A stretch of DNA of 63,877 bases, filler included, from Choristocarpus tenellus KU-1152 (Eukaryota > Protista > Phaeophyceae), in NCBI GenBank assembly GCA_964200185.2. It is 10 parts of 10 records of this genome, joined end to end, with 100 filler letters (N's around TTAATTAATTAA, not from the genome) between each part and the next. Parts side by side here need not be neighbours in the genome. Positions count along the whole stretch, not along the records: positions 61,345 to 63,877 come from CAXNAD020026995.1; 9 more parts are not named here. One strand, given 5' to 3'. Below are positions 62,214 through 63,877 of the stretch, piece by piece. Position 1 is the first letter of the stretch; each line of letters opens with the position of its first letter. The notes beneath the pieces were generated by a model. That model ran no database searches, was not told the origin of the DNA, and saw only the letters and a list, made by a program, of their open reading frames with translations. The translations under genes and the position numbers were made by a program.

Positions 62214-63408
62214 TGTTAGTTGATAGTCAGCTGACTAACTCCTCGGTAGACACAGGGGTTTACTAGTGTTCTAACAAAGGCTAATCCCGGGGATCGCAAG
62301 CTGTTAGACTTGATAATGTATTGCCCGAGGGTTCCTATCCCTCTAATCAGTGACCAATTTCGGCGAGGTAGTTACTAATATTAGGTTGTGTATCCTGGCG
62401 GCGTGTTTAGCCTCTTGACAGATGTGTAACCATGGCGAGATTCGATCCCACGAGAGCAACGTTTGTTAGAACACTAGTAAACCCCTGTGCCTACCGACGA
62501 AAGTCGCAACATTCGTCAAAGGCGCTAAATCATGATGGTGTTTGCGAGATTGGTCATTCAGGAACTCTCCCGAATGAGCTGCACAGAGGATGTACGTTTC
62601 GGGTAGGGGGACTCACCTCCTGCTTCCCTTTGGAGGCATGGCGACTTTCAATGGTTGTACTAAGCCTCTCCTTTTATCATGTGATGTCTGCATCAGGTCG
62701 GCATGTTATAAATGGGACAGGGGAGCCGACAGAAGGAGAGAGAGAAAATCTTTTGCGCATCGAGTCAGGTCCAGAGAGGATGGCATGTTGCAGTCGGGTT
62801 ACATAATCGTTGAGTCATACGCACCTGGTCACCTTGCACGAAGAGGAAGTCCTGTTGTCTTTTTCCCTTCGGACACGCCCGGTGTGTAGTGTTACGTACA
62901 GCACACAGGGATAGCGGCAGACGAGTCCGATCCTCGTGGAAGGGATACGCACCTAGTCTCCCATGACCGAGGAAGTATGATCTTTTCGACCTCTTTTTTT
63001 TTGTCAGTTGTATGACAATCTAACCCTAATCAACGAAAGAACAACCGCCCTTACTGAATGTTGTACCCCTAGAAGATAGTATATATATTGGGGTTCTAAA
63101 CAGGCTAGCTCGAGTGTTCCTTTTCCTCGGGAATCAAATAGGAAATTTACAAAGGGGATTTTTTCTTTCTTCACATATATATTGAAATATATATATGTCT
63201 GCGAAGACGTTGAAATAGAACAAATAGAGACTTACAAGTATTTGTAGATATATATACAACTCTCCATCCTCTATTCATTTGCGCGACAGGATCAAAACGT
63301 GGAGTTTGCATCTTTTTTCATAGTTGCATATTTGAAGAATTATATTATAGTCTATAACAAAAAATCTTTCGACAAACCACATATGCGACCAACCCCCACA
63401 CTCGTTCA

Positions 63409-63545
63409 GAGCCAAAGTAGCTTAGAGGTAGAGCCGTGTCCGTTTGGGGGCCAAAATCGAATGTTGCAGTTTTAATGTAATTTTATCTATCATGTTTGTG
63501 AGGAGTTGTCCATATCCTTGTTCCGGACACACCTTTTTATAACAT
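63409..63545 (-). mobile_element. MITE family A, truncated copy; another A terminus at 61345-61377
   Basis: GAGCCAAAGTAGCTTAGAGGTAGAGCCG...CCGGACACACCTTTT. Confidence 0.8.
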
Positions 63546-63877
63546 AGTCACGTTTTGCGAAGGGGAATCGTATGAGGCTCATAGCCAGTTGAAACCTGAA
63601 TCGAATGCATCGTACATGTGGGTAAAATGCGTAGACTACTAGAGATGTGGGATCATGGTGTTGCGAAGCGCTGATAAGTGATTTGCGTAGTCTATGTTAT
63701 GGATAGGTGTGATTGTGCTGCAAAGCACCGATGTATTTATTCTGTTGTATCTGAGGTCATTGATCTCTCAGTCAAGAATGATGCGATGTTAATTCAGTAC
63801 TCTTGGTTGCTCAATCCAGAATAATGTTATGTGAATTCAGTGTTCTTTCATGTGATACTCAACGAAAGAAGTCCATG

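Noticed and set aside
732-63545. Recurrent repeats as a CRISPR-like array or ciliate-type eliminated sequences
   Set aside because: Copies are dispersed, irregularly spaced, in both orientations, diverged, flanked by variable TSDs and absent from reconstructed exons. No cas genes or fixed TA boundaries.

Overview
Eukaryotic DNA, not a prokaryotic locus. It has spliceosomal introns, axonemal genes and TTAGGG-type repeats; a flagellated stramenopile such as a brown alga is my inference. The window is ten unrelated contigs joined by nine artificial 100-nt spacers (N44-TTAATTAATTAA-N44), so adjacency across spacers carries no information. Host genes reconstructed by hand, all partial: a DNAAF9/Shulin-like gene, a DUF1295 membrane protein, a germin/spherulin cupin, 16 phase-consistent exons of an outer-arm-type dynein heavy chain (one GC-AG intron), a bacterial-type '3-methyladenine DNA glycosylase'-like gene, an intronless ankyrin ORF and a possible SMC-like coiled-coil gene. 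The non-coding DNA is dominated by about 35 copies or fragments of at least five MITE families. They share the terminus GRGTCAAAGTA, make 3- or 4-bp target duplications, nest in each other and sit at many contig ends. Also present: a full-length decayed DD39D mariner, an intron-containing PIF/Harbinger-type transposase relic, an IS630/Tc1 relic, a TRIM-like LTR element and a foldback element. The most unusual observation is that two MITE copies carry the same 4-nt insertion at the equivalent position of opposite terminal repeats, turning TTAGAGGG into TTAGGGTTAGGG. This suggests telomerase-templated repair at internal DNA breaks.
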